From: the human T2T-CHM13v2.0 reference genome, Homo sapiens
NCBI RefSeq assembly: GCF_009914755.1
Contig: NC_060934.1
DNA: 64,000 nt
Strand: one strand, 5' to 3'
A model generated the notes under the pieces. That model ran no database searches. It was not told where the DNA came from and saw only the letters and a program-made list of their open reading frames with translations. Numbering within the stretch: position 1 is the first letter of the stretch; every line of letters starts with the position of its first letter. Shown piece after piece: positions 12,975 through 26,600 of the stretch. The position numbers and the translations under genes are program-made.

Positions 12975-15900
12975 ATCAACTCGAGTGGAAAGGAATGGAA
13001 AAGAAAGGAATGGAATGGAAAGGAAAGGAATGGAATGCAATGGAATGCAAAGGTATGGAATGGAGTCAATCCGAGTGGAATGGAATGGAATGGAATGGAA
13101 TGGAATGGAATGGAATGGAATTTAAAGGAATGAAATGGAATGGAATGGAATGAAATTGAATGGAATGGAATGCAATGGAATGTAGTGGAATGGAATAAAC
13201 ACCAGTGGAATGGAATGCAATGGAATGGAGTGGAATGGAAAGAAATGGAATGTAATGGAATGGAATGGAATGGAATGGACATGAATGGAATGGAATGGAC
13301 TAGAATGGAATGGAATGGAAATAAATCAACCCGATTGGAATGGAATGGAATGCAATGGAATGGAATGGAATGAACTGGAAAGGAACGAAATGGAATGGAA
13401 AGGAATGGAATGGAATGGAATGGAATGGAATGGAATGGAATGGAATGGAATCCACCCGAGTCGAATGCAAGGGAATGGAATGGAATGGAATGGAATGGAA
13501 TGGAATGGAATGGAATGGAATGGAATCAACCCAAGTGGAATGGACTGGAATGGAATGGAATACAATGGAATGGAATGGAATGGAATGGAATCAGCTGCAG
13601 TGGAATGGAATGGAATGGGATGGAATGGAATGGACAGGAATAGAATGGAATGGAATATAACGGAGTGGAATCAACACGAGTGGAATGGAATGGAATCAAA
13701 TTGAATGGAATCGAAGGAAAGGAATGCAATGGAATGGAATCAACCTCAGTGGAACAGAAAGGAATGTAATGAAATGGAATGGAATGGAATGGAATGCAAT
13801 GGAATGGTATGGAATGGAGTGGAATGGAATCGGTTGGAATGGGATGGAATCAACCCGAGTGGAACGGACTGGAATGGAGTGGAATGGAATGGAACGGCAT
13901 GGAATGATATGGAATCAACTAGAATAGAATGGAATGGGATGGATTGGAATGGAATCAAATGGAATCAACCTGAGTGGAATGGAATGGAATGGAATGGAAT
14001 GAATGGAAATGAATGGAATGGAAACTAATGGAATGGAATGGAAAGGAAACAACCCTAGTGGAACGGAATGCAATGGAATGCAAAGGAATGGAATTGAATT
14101 CAATGTAATGGAAACAAACCGAGTGGAATGTAATGTAATGGAAAGGACTGGAATGTAATGGAATGGATGGGAATCAACCCGATTCCAATGCAACAGAATG
14201 GAATGTAATCGAATAGAGTGGAACGGAATGGAATGGAAAGGAAAGAATGGAATGAACTGGAATGGAATGGAACGGCATGGAATTTAACGGAATGGAATGG
14301 AATGGAATGAAATGGAATGGAATCAACCCGGGTAGAATGCAATGGAATGGAAAGGAATGGAATGGAATGGAATCAACACGAGTTGATTGGAAGGGAATGG
14401 AATGGAATGGAATGGAATGGAATGGAATGGAATGGAACGGAACGGAATGGAATGGAATGGAATGGAATGGAATGGAATGGAACGGAACGGAATGGAATGG
14501 AATGGAAGGGAATGGAATGGAATGGAAAGGAATGGAATGAACTGGAATGGAATGGAATGCAATTTAATGAATGGAATGGAATCAACCCGAGTGGAGTGGA
14601 ATGGAATGGAATGGAAACGAATGGAATGGAATGGAAACTAATGAAATGGAATGCAAACAACCCGAGAGGAATGGAATGCAATGGAATGGAATGGAATTCA
14701 ACGGAATGGAAACACCCCGAGTGAAATGGCATGGAATGGAAAGGAATTGAATGTAATGGAATGGATTGGAATCAACCCGATTAGAAAGCAATGGAATGGA
14801 ATGGAATGGAATGGAATGGAAGGGAATGGAATGAAATGGAATTGAAAGGAAAGGAATGGAATGGAATGGAAGGGATTGGAATGGAATGGAATGGATTAGA
14901 ATGGAATGGAATGGAATGAAATCAACCCGATTGGAATGGAATGGAATGCAATGTAATGGAATGGAATCAACTGGAAAGAATTGAAATGGAATGGAATGGA
15001 ATGGAACGGAATCAACCCGAGTGGAATGCAATGGAATGGAATGGCATGGAATGAAAAGAAATCAACCTGGCTGGAATGGATTGGAATGGAGGGGAATGGA
15101 ATGGAATGGCATGGAATGCAATGGAATCAACTGGAATGGAATGGAATGGAATGGAATAGAATGGAATGGAATCAAACGGAATCAACCTGAGTGGAATGGA
15201 AAGGAATGGAATGGAATGAATGGAATGGAAACTAATGGAATGGAATGGAAAGGAAACAACCCGAGTGGAATAGAAAGCAATGGAATGCAATGGAATGGAA
15301 TGGAATTTGATATAATGGAAAAAAAACCGACTGGAATGCAATGGAATGGAAAGGACTGCAATGTAATGAAATGGATCGGAATCAACCCGATTCCAATGCA
15401 ACGGAATTGAATGGAATGGAAACGAATGGAATGAACTGGAATGGAATGGAATGGAATGGAAATGAATGGAATGGAATGGAATGGAATGGAATGGAATGGA
15501 ATGGAATGGAACGGAATGCAATGGAAGGGAACAAAACGGAATGAACCCGAGTTGAATGGAATGGAATGGAATGGAATGGAATGGAATGGAATGGAAAGGA
15601 ACGGAATAGAATGGAATGGAATGGAATGGAATGAACACGAGTGGAATGGAATGGAATGGAATGGATTGGAATGCAATGGAATGGAATCAACCCGAGTGGA
15701 ATAGAATGGAATGGAGTGGAATGGAATGGAATGGGACGGAATGGAATGGAATGGCATGGAATAGAATGGAACGGAACGGAAGGGAACAGAATGGAATGGA
15801 ATGGAATGGTCTCAACCTGAATGAAATGGAATGAAATGGAATGGAATCAACCACAGTGGAATGCAACGGAATGGAATGGAATGGAATGGAATGGAATGAA

Positions 15901-18900
15901 ATCAACCCGAGTGGAATGGATAGGAATAGAGACGAATTGAATGGAACGGCATGGAATGCAATGGAATCAACTAGAATGGAATGTAATATAATGGAATGGA
16001 ATGGAATGGAATGGAATAGAATCAACCCGAGTGAAATGGAATGGAAGGGAATGGAATGGAAAGGAATGGAAAACAATGGATTGGAATCAACCAAATAGAA
16101 TGGAATGGAATGGAATGGAATGGAATAGAATGGAATCAATTCGAGTGCAATGTAATGGTATAGAATGGAATGGAATGGAATGGAATGGAATCAACCAGAG
16201 TGCAATGGAATGGAAAGAAATTGAAATGAATGGAATGGAATGGAATGGAATGGAATGGCATGGAATGGAATGGAATGGAGTGGAATCAACCCGAGTGGAA
16301 TGGAATGGAATGGAATCTAACGGCATGGAATGGAATGGAATGGACTGAAATCAACCCGAGTGGATTGGAATGGAATGGAATGGACTGGAATGGAATGGAA
16401 TAGAATGGAATCAACCCGAGTGGAATGAAATGGAATGGAATGGAGTGGAAAGGAATACAATGGAATGGAATGGAATGGAATGGAATGGAATGGAATGGAA
16501 TGGAATCAACACGAGGGGAATGGAATGGAATGGACTGGAATAAACACGGGTGGAATGGAATGGAATGTAATGGAATAGAATGGAATGGAATCAACTCGAG
16601 TGGAAAAGAATGGAACGGAAAGCAATGGAATGGAAAGGAAAGTAATGGAATGAACTGGAATGCAATAGTATGGAATTGAGTCAACCAGAGTGGAGTGGAA
16701 AAGAATGAAATGGAATGGAATGGAATGCAATCGAATGGAGTGGAATGGAATAAACACCAGTGGAATGGAATGGAATGGAATGGAATGGAATGGACAGGAT
16801 TGGAATGGAATGGAATGGAACGGAATGCTATGGAATGGAATGGAATCAACTGGTAAGGAATGAAATGGAATGGAATGGAATGGAATGGAATGGACTGGAA
16901 TCAACACGAGTGGAATGCAATGGAATGGAATGGAATGGAATGGAATAAAATCAACCCGAGTGGAATGCATAGGAATAGAGTGGAATGGAAAGGAAAGGCA
17001 TGGAATGCAATGGAATCAACTAGAATGGAATGGAATGGAATGGACAGGAATGGAATAGAATGGAATGGAATGGAATGGAATGGAATGGAGTGGAATGGAC
17101 TAGAATGGAATGGAATTGAATGAAATCAACCCGATTGGAATGGAATGGAATGCAATGGAATGGAATGGAAACAACTGGAAAGGAATCAAATGGAATGGAA
17201 TGGAATTGAACGGAATGGAATGGAATGGAATGGAATGCAATGGAATGGAATCAACCTGAGTAGAATGCAATGGAATGGAATTCAATGGAATGGAATGGAA
17301 TCAACCCGATTGGAATGGATTGGAAGGCAGTGGAATGGAATGGAACGGCATGTAATGCAATGGAATCAACTAAAATGGAATGGAATGGAATGGATTGGGA
17401 TGGAATCGAACGGGATCAACCTGAGTGGAATAGAATGGAAAGGAATGGAATGAATGGAATGGAATTAAATGGAATGGAAACTAATGGAATGGAATGGAAA
17501 GGAAGCAACCCGAGTGTAATGGAAAGCAAAGGAATGGAATGGAATGGAATGGAATGGAATGGAATTAAATGTAATGCAAAGAAACCGAGTGGAATGTAAT
17601 GGCATGGAAAGGACTGGAATGTAATGCAACGGTTTGGAATCAACCCGATTCCAATGCAACGGAATGGAATGGAATGGAATGGAATGGAATGGAATGGAAT
17701 GGAATGGAATGGAAAGGAATTAACCCGAGTGGAATGCAATGGAATGGAATGGAATGGAATGGAATGAAATCAACCCGAGTGGAATGGATTTGAATAGAGT
17801 GGAATGGAATGGAACGGCATGGAATGCAATGGAATCAAGTAGAAAGGAATGGAATGGAATGGAATGGACAGGAATGGAATGGAACGGAATAGAATGGAAT
17901 GGAGTGGAATGGACTAGAATGGAATGGAACGGAAAGAAGTCAACCCGATTGGAATGGAATGGAATGCAATGGAATGGAATGGAATCAACTGGAAAGGAAT
18001 CAAATAGAACAGAATGCAATGGAATGGAATGGAATGGAATGGAATGGAATGGAATGGAATGGAATGAAATGGAATTATCTCGAGTGGAAAGGAATGGAAT
18101 GTAAAGGAATGGAATGGAAAGGAAAGGAATGGAATGCCATGGAATGCAATGGCATGGAATGCCATGGAATGCAATGGCATGGAATGGAGTCAACCCGAGT
18201 GGAATGGAATGGAATGGAATGGAATGAAATGGAATGGAATGGAATGCAATGGAATGGAGTAGAATGGAATAAACACCAGTGGAATGGAATGCAATGGAAT
18301 GGAGTGGAATGGAATAAACACCAGTGGAATGGAATGGAATGGAATGGAATGGAATGGAATGGAATGGAATGGAATGGAATTTTATGGACAGTAATGGAAC
18401 GGAATGGAATGGAATGGAATGGAATGGAATTGACTAGAATAGAATGTAATGGAATGAAATCAACCCGATTGGAATGGAAAGGAATGCAATGGAATGGAAT
18501 GGAATCAACTGGAAAGGAATGAAATGGAAGGGAATGGAGTGGAATGGAATGGAATGGAATGGAATGGAATCAACCCGAGTGGAATGCAAAGGAAAGGAAT
18601 GGAATGGAATGGAATGGAATCAACCCACGTGGAATGGAATGGAATGGAATGCAATGGAATCAACCTGAGTGGAATGCAATGGAAAGGAATGGAATGGAAT
18701 GGAATGGAATCAACTCGAGTGGAATTAATTGGAATGGAGTGGAATGGAATGGAACGGCATGGAATGCAATGGAATCAACTAGAATGGAATGGAATGGAAT
18801 GGATTGGAATGGAATCGAACGGAATCAACCTGAGTGGAATGGAATGGAATGGAATGGAATGAATGGAATGGAAACTAAAGGAATGGAATGGAAAGGAAAC

Positions 18901-21900
18901 AACCCAAGTGGAATGGAATGCAATGGAATGCAATGGAATGTAATGGAATGGAATGGAATTCAGTGTAATGGAAACAAACCGAGTGGAATATAATGGAAAG
19001 AAAAAGACTTGGATGTAATGGAATGGATAGGAATCAACCCGATTACAATGCAACGGAATGGAATGGAAGGGAATGGAATGGAATGGAAAGGAATGGAATG
19101 AACTGGAATGCAATGGAATTTAATGGAATGGAATGGAACGGAATGGAATGAACCCGAGTGGAGTGGAATGGAATGGAAAGGAAATGAATGGAATGGAATG
19201 GAATGGAATGGAACGGAACGAAATGAAATGAACCCGAGTAGAATGGAAAGGAATGGAATGGAATGGAATCAACCCGAGTGGAATGGAATGGAATGGAATG
19301 GAATGGAATGGAATGGAATGGAATGGAACGGAACTAAAAGGATTGAACCCGAGTCTAATTGAATGGAATGGAATGGAATGGAATGGAATGGAATCAACCC
19401 GATTGGAATGGAATGGAGCGGAATAAACACGAATGGAATGGAATGGAATGGAATGGAATGGAATGGAATCAACTCGAGTGGAATGAAACGGAACGTCATG
19501 GAATGGAATGGAATGGAATAGAATGGAATGGAATGGAATGGAGTGGAATAGAATGGAATCAATTCGAGTGCAATGTAATGGAATAGAATGGAATCAATTA
19601 AACTGCAATGTAATGGTATACAATGGAATGGAATGGAATGGAATGGAATGGAATGGAATCAACCAGAGTGGAATGGAATGGAAAGGAATGGAATGGAATG
19701 GAAAGGAATGGAATGGAATGAATTGGAATGGAATGGAATGGAATGGAATGTAACGGCATGGAATGCAATGGAATGGAGCGGAATCAACCCGAGTGAAATG
19801 GAATGGAATGGACTATAACGGCATGGAATGGAATGGAATGGACTGGAAACAAACCGAGTGGAATGGAATGGAATGGAAACGAATGGAATGGAATCAACCC
19901 GAGTGGAATGGAGTGGAATGGAATGGAATGGAATCAACCCGAGTGGAATGTAATGGAATGGATTGGAATGGAATGAACCCGACTGCAACGGAATGGAATG
20001 GAATGGAAAGGAATGGAATGGAATGAAATGAACACGAGTGGAATGGAATGGAATGGAATGGAATGGAATGGAATGGAAAGGAATGGAATGGAATGGAATG
20101 GAATGGAATGGAATGGAATGGAATTTTATGGACAGTAATGGAACGGAATGGAATGGAATGGAATGGAATGGAATGGAATGGAATGGAATTGACTAGAATG
20201 GAATGAAATGGAATGAAATAAACCGGATTGGAATGGAATGGAATGCAATGGAATGGAATGGAATGGAATCAACCGGAAAGGAATCAAATGGAACGGAATG
20301 GAATGGAATGGAATGGAAAAAATGGAATGGAATCAACTCGAGAGGAAAGGAATGGAATGGCAAGGAATCGAATGGAAAGGAAAGGAATGGAATGCAAAGG
20401 AATGCAATGGTATGGAATGGAGACAACCCGAGTGGAATGGAATGGAATGGAATGGAATGGAATGGAATGGAATGGATTGGAGTGGAATGGAATAAACACT
20501 AGTGGAATGGAATGGAATGGAATGGCATGGACAGGAATGGAATGGAATGGAATGGAATGAATTGGAATGGAATGGAATGGACTAGAATGGAATGGAATGG
20601 AATGAAATCAACCAGATTGGAATGGAATGGAATGCAATGGAGTGGAATGGAATCAACAGGAAAGGAATGAAGTGGAGTGGAATGGAATGAAATGGAGTGG
20701 AATGGAATGGAATGGAATGGAATGGAATGGAATTAACCCGAGTAGAATGCTATGGAATGGAATGAAATGGAATGGAATGAAATCAACCCTAATGGAATGG
20801 ATTGGAATAAAATGGAATGTAATGGAATGGCATGGAATGCAATGGAATCAACTAGAATGGAATGGAATGGAATGAAATGGACAGGAATGGAATGGAATGG
20901 AATGGAATGGAATGGACTGGAATGGACTAGAATGGAATGGAATGGAATGAAATCAACCCGAATGGAATGGAATGGAATGCAATGGAATGGAATGGAATCA
21001 ACTTGAAAGGAATGAAATGGAATGGAATGGAATGGAATGGAATGGAATCAACCCGAGTGGAATGCAATGGAATGGAATGGAATGGCATGGAATGGAATGG
21101 AATGGAATGGAATGGAATGGAATGGAATCAACTCGAGGGGAATGGATTGAAATGGAGTGGAATGGAATGGAACGGCATGGAATGTAATGGAATCAACTAG
21201 AATGGAATGGAATGGAATGGATTGGAATGGAATCGAACGGAATCAACCTGAGTGGAATGGAATGGAATGGAATGGAATGAATGGAATGGAAACTAAAGGA
21301 ATGGAATGGAAAGGAAACAACCCAAGTGGAATGGAATTCAATGGAATGCAATGGAAAGGAATGGAATGGAATTGAATTGAATGGAATGAATGGAATGGAA
21401 ACTAAAGGAATGGAATGGAAAGGAAACAACCCGAGTGGAATGGAATTCAATGGAATGCAATGGAATGGAATGGAATGGAATGGAATTCAGTGTAATGGAA
21501 ACAAACCGAGTGGAATATAATGGAATGAAAAGGATTGGGATGTAATGGAATGGATTGGAATCAACCCGATTACAACGCAACGGAATGGAATGGAAGGGAA
21601 TGGAACTCAATGGAAAAGAATGGAATGAACTGGAATGCAATGGAATTTAATGGAATGGAATGGAACGGAATGGAATCAACCCGAGGGGAGTCGAATGGAA
21701 TGGAAAGGAAATGAATGGAATGGAATGGAATGGAAAGAAATGGAATGACCCCGAGTAGAATGGAATGGAATGGAATGGAATGGAATGGAATGGAATTGAA
21801 TGGAATCAACTCGAGTGGAATGAAATGTAACATCATGGAATGGAATGGAATGGAATGGAATGGAATGGAATGGAATAGAAAGGAATCAATTCGAGTGCAA

Positions 21901-23600
21901 TGTAATGGTATAGAATGGAATGGAATGGAATGGAATATAACGGCATGGAATGCAATGGAATGGAGTGGAATCAACCCGAGTGGAATGGAATGGAATGGAC
22001 TGTAACGGCATGGAATGGAATGGAATGGAATGGAATGGAATGGAATAAAACCGAGTGGATAGGAATGGAAAGGAATGGAACGGAAATGAATGGAATGGAA
22101 TCAACCCGAGTGGAATGGACTGGAATGGAATGGAATGGAATCAACCCGAGTGGAATAGAATGGAATGGAATGGAATGGAATCAACCCGAGTGCAATGGAA
22201 TGCAATGGAATGAAAAGGAATGGAATCGAATGAAATGAACACGTGTGGAATGGAATGGAATGGAATGGAATGGAATGGAATGGAGTGGAAGAGAATGGAA
22301 TGGAATCAACCCGAGTTGAAAGGAATGGAATGGAAAGGAATAGAATGGAATGGAAAGGAATGGAATGCAATGGAATGCAATGGTATGGAATGGAGTCAAC
22401 CCGAGTGGATGGAATAGAATGGAATCGAATGGAATGGAATGGAATGGAATGCAATGGAATGGAGTGGAATGGAATAAACACCAGTGGAATGGAATGGAAT
22501 GGAATGGAATGGAATGGACTAGAATGGAATGGAATGGAATGAAATCAACCCGATTGGAATGGAATGGAATGCAATGGAATGGAATGGAATCACCTGGAAA
22601 GGAATGAAATGGAATGGAATGGAATGGAATGAATGGAATGGAATGGAATGGAATGGAATGAATGGAATGTAACCGAATGGAAACTAATGGAATGTAATGG
22701 AAAGGAAACAACCAGAGTGGAATGGAATACAATGGAATGCAATGGAATGGAATGGAATGCAATGGAATTCAATGGAATGGAAAAAAAGCGAGGGAATGGA
22801 ATGGAATGGAAAGGACTGGAATGTAATGGAATGGATTGGAGTCAACCCGATTCCAACGCAATGGAATGGAATCGAATGGAAAGGAATGGAATGAACGGGA
22901 ATGGAATGGAAAGGAATGGAATGAACTGGAATGGAATGGAATGGAATGGAATTTAATGGAATGGAATGGAATGGAATGGAATCAACCCGAGTAGAGTGGA
23001 ATGGAATGGAATGGAAATGAAAGGAATGGAATGGAATGGAATGGAACGGAACGGAATGGAATGAACCCGAGTGGAATGGAAAGCAATGGAATGGAATGGA
23101 ATGGAATGGAATCTACCCTAGTAGAATGGAATGGAATGGAATGGAATGGAATGGAATGGAATGGAATGGAATGTAATGGAATAAACACGAGTGGAAAGGA
23201 ATGGAATGGAAAGGAATGAAATGGAAAGGAAAGGAATGGAATGCAACAGAATGCCATGGTATGGAATGGAGTCAACCCGAGTGGATTGGAATGGAACGGA
23301 ATGGAATGGAATGAAATGGAATGGAATGGAATGTAATGCAACGGAATGGAGTGGAATGGAATAAACACCAATGGAATGGAATGGAATGGAATGGAATGGA
23401 ATGGACAGGAATGGAATGGAATGGAATGGAATGGAATGGAATGGAATGGAATGAAATGGAATGAAATCAACCCGATTGGAATGGAATGGAATGCAATTGA
23501 ATGGAATGGAATCAATTGGAAAGGAATGAAATGAATGGAATGGAATGGAATGGAATGGAATGGAATGGAAAGGAATCAACCCGGGTAGAATGGAATGGAA
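12975..23600 (+). repeat. ~12.98-kb tandem duplication, copy 2 (portion matching 1-10600)
   Basis: Shares rare variants with copy 1 (TCAGCTGCAG, GGTCTCAACCTG, TTATCTCGAG, CAACCCACGT, AAAAAAAGCGAGGG). Near-identity ends after CAACCCGGGTAGAA (10572/23577). Confidence 0.95.
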
Positions 23601-26600
23601 TGGAATGGAATGGAATGGAATGGAATGGAATGGAATGGAATGGAATGGAGTGGAATGTAATAAACAACAGTGGAATGGAAGGAATGGAAGGGAATGGAAT
23701 GCACAGGAATGGAATGGAATGGAATGGAATGGAATGGAATGGAATGGACTGGAATGGAATGGAATGGAATAAAATAAACCAGATTGGAATGAAATGAACT
23801 AGAATGGAATGGAATGGAATGAAATAAACCAGATTGGAATGGAATGGAATGCAATGGAATGGAATCAACCAGAGTGGAATGGAATGGAATGGAATGGAAT
23901 GGAATGGAATCAACCCGAGTGGAATGTAATGGAATGGAATGGAATGGAATTGAATGGAATAAACAAGAGTGGAATGGAAAGGAATGGAATGGAATGGAAT
24001 GGAATGGAATGGAATAGAATGGAAAGGAATGGATTGGAAAGGAATGGAATTGAAAGGAAAGGAATGGAATGCAATGGAATGCAAAGGTATGGAATGGAGT
24101 AAATCCGAGTGGAATTGAATGCAATGGAATATAACGTAATGGAATGGAATGGAATGCAATGGAATGGAGTGGAATGGATTAAACACCAGTGGAAAGGAAT
24201 GGAATGCAATGGACTGGAATGGACAGGAATGGAATGGAATGGAATGGAATGGAATGGAATGGAATGGATTGGAATGGAATGGAATGGAATGGAATGGAGT
24301 GCAATGAAATCAACCCGATTGGAATGGAATGGATTGCAATGGAATGGAATGGAATCAACTGGAAAGGAATCAAATGGAAAGGAATGGAATGGAATGGAAT
24401 GGAATGGAATGGAATTGAATTAACCCGAGTGGAATGCAGTGGAATGGAATGGAATGGAATGGAAAGAAATCAACCCGAATGGAATGGATTTGAATAGAGT
24501 GGAATGGAATGGAACGGCATGGAATGCAATGGAATCAACTAGAATGGAATGGGATGGAATGGAAAGGAATGGAATGAACTGGAATGGAATGGAATGGAAT
24601 GGAATTTAATGGAATGGAATGGAAAGGAATGGAAATTAATGGAATGGAATGGAATGGAGTAGAACGGAACGGAATGGAATGAACCCGAGTGGAATGGAAT
24701 GGAATGGAATGGAAAGGAATGGAATCGAATGGAATCAACCCGAGTGGAATGGAATGGAATGGAATGGAATGGAAAGGAATGGACTAGAATGGAATGGAAA
24801 GGAAAGGAATGGAATGCAGTGAAATGCAATTGTATGGAATGGAGTCAACCCGAGTGGAATGGAATGGAAAGGAATGGAATGAAATGGAATGGAATGGAAT
24901 GCAATGGAACGGAGTTGGAATGGAATAATCAACAGTGGAATGGAATGCAATGGAATAGAGTGGAATGGAATAAACACCAGTGCAATGGAATGGAATGGAA
25001 TGGAATGGAATGGTCAGGAATGGAATGGAATGGAATGGAATGGAAAGCACTAGAAGGGAATGGAATGGAATGAAATCAACCCGATTGGAATGGAATGGAA
25101 TGCAATGGAATGGAATGGAATCAGCTGGAAAGGAATCAAAGGGAATGGAATGGAATGGAACAGAATTGAATAGAATCAACTCGAGTGGAAAGGAATGGAA
25201 TAGAAAGGAAAGGAATGGAAAGGAAAGGAATGGAATGCAATGGAGTGCAATGGTATGGAATGGAGTCAAACCGAGTGGAATGGAATGGAATGAAATCGAA
25301 TGGAATGGTATTTAATGGAATGGAGTGGAATGGAATAAACACCAGTGGAATGGAATGCAACGGAATGGAGTGGAATGGAATAAACACCAGTGGAATGGAA
25401 TGGAATGGAATGGAGTGGAATGGAATGGAATGGAATGGAATGGACAGGAATGGAATGGAATGGAATGAAATCAACCCGATTGGAATGGAGTGGAATGCCA
25501 CGGAATGGAATGGAATCAACTGGAAAGCAATGAAATGGAATGGAATGGAATGCAATGGAATGGAGTGGAACGGAATAAAAAACAGTGGAATGGAATGCAA
25601 TGGAATAGAGTGGAATGGAATAAACACCGGTGGACTGGAATGGAACGGAATAGAATGGACAGGAATGGAATGGAATGGAATGGAAAGGACTAGAATGGAA
25701 TGGAATGGAATGAAATCAACCCGATTGGAATGGAATGTAATGTAATGGAATGGAATGGAATCAGCTGGAAATGAATCAAAGGGAACGGAATGGTATGGAA
25801 TGGAATGGAATGGAATGGAATGGAATGGAATGGAAACTATAGGAATGGAATGGAAAGGAAACAACTCGAATGGAATGGAATGCAATGGAATGCAATGGAA
25901 TGGAATGGAATGGAATGGAATGGAATTCAGTGTAATGGAAACAAACCGAGTGGAATATAATGGAATGAAAAAGACCGGGATGTAATGGAATGGATTGGAA
26001 TCAACCCGATTACAATGCAACGGAATGGAATGGAAGGGAATGGAATGGAATGGAAGGGAATGGAATGAACTGGAATACAATGGAATTTAATGGAATGGAA
26101 TGGAACGGAATGGAATCAACCCCAGTGGAGTGGAATGGAATGGAAAGGAAATGAATGGAATGGAATGGAACGGAACGAAATGAAATGAACCCGAGTAGAG
26201 TGGAATGGAATGGAATGGAATGGAATGGAATGGAATCGAATCAACCCGAGTGGAATGAAATGGAATGGAATGGAATGGAATGGAATGGAATGGAATGGAA
26301 CGGGACTAAAAGGATTGAACCCGAGTAGAATGGAATGGATTGGAATGGAATGGAATGGAATCAACCCGAGTGGAATGGAATGGAATGGAACGGAATAAAC
26401 ACGAATGGAGTGGAATGGAATGGAATGGAATCAACAAGATTGGAATGAAATGTAACGTCATGGAATGGAATGGAATGGAATGGAATGGAATAGAATGGAA
26501 TCAATTCGAGTGCAATGTAATGGAATAGAATGGAATCAATTAAACTGCAATGTAATGGTATAGAATGCAATGGAATGTAATGGAATGGAATCAACCAGAG

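Noticed and set aside
25624-25632. Short palindromes (CACCGGTG, CAGCTG, CTCGAG, CCCGGG, CACGTG) as regulatory or recombination sites
   Set aside because: They are 6-8 bp chance variants of the spacer propagated by duplication. Useful as restriction markers only.
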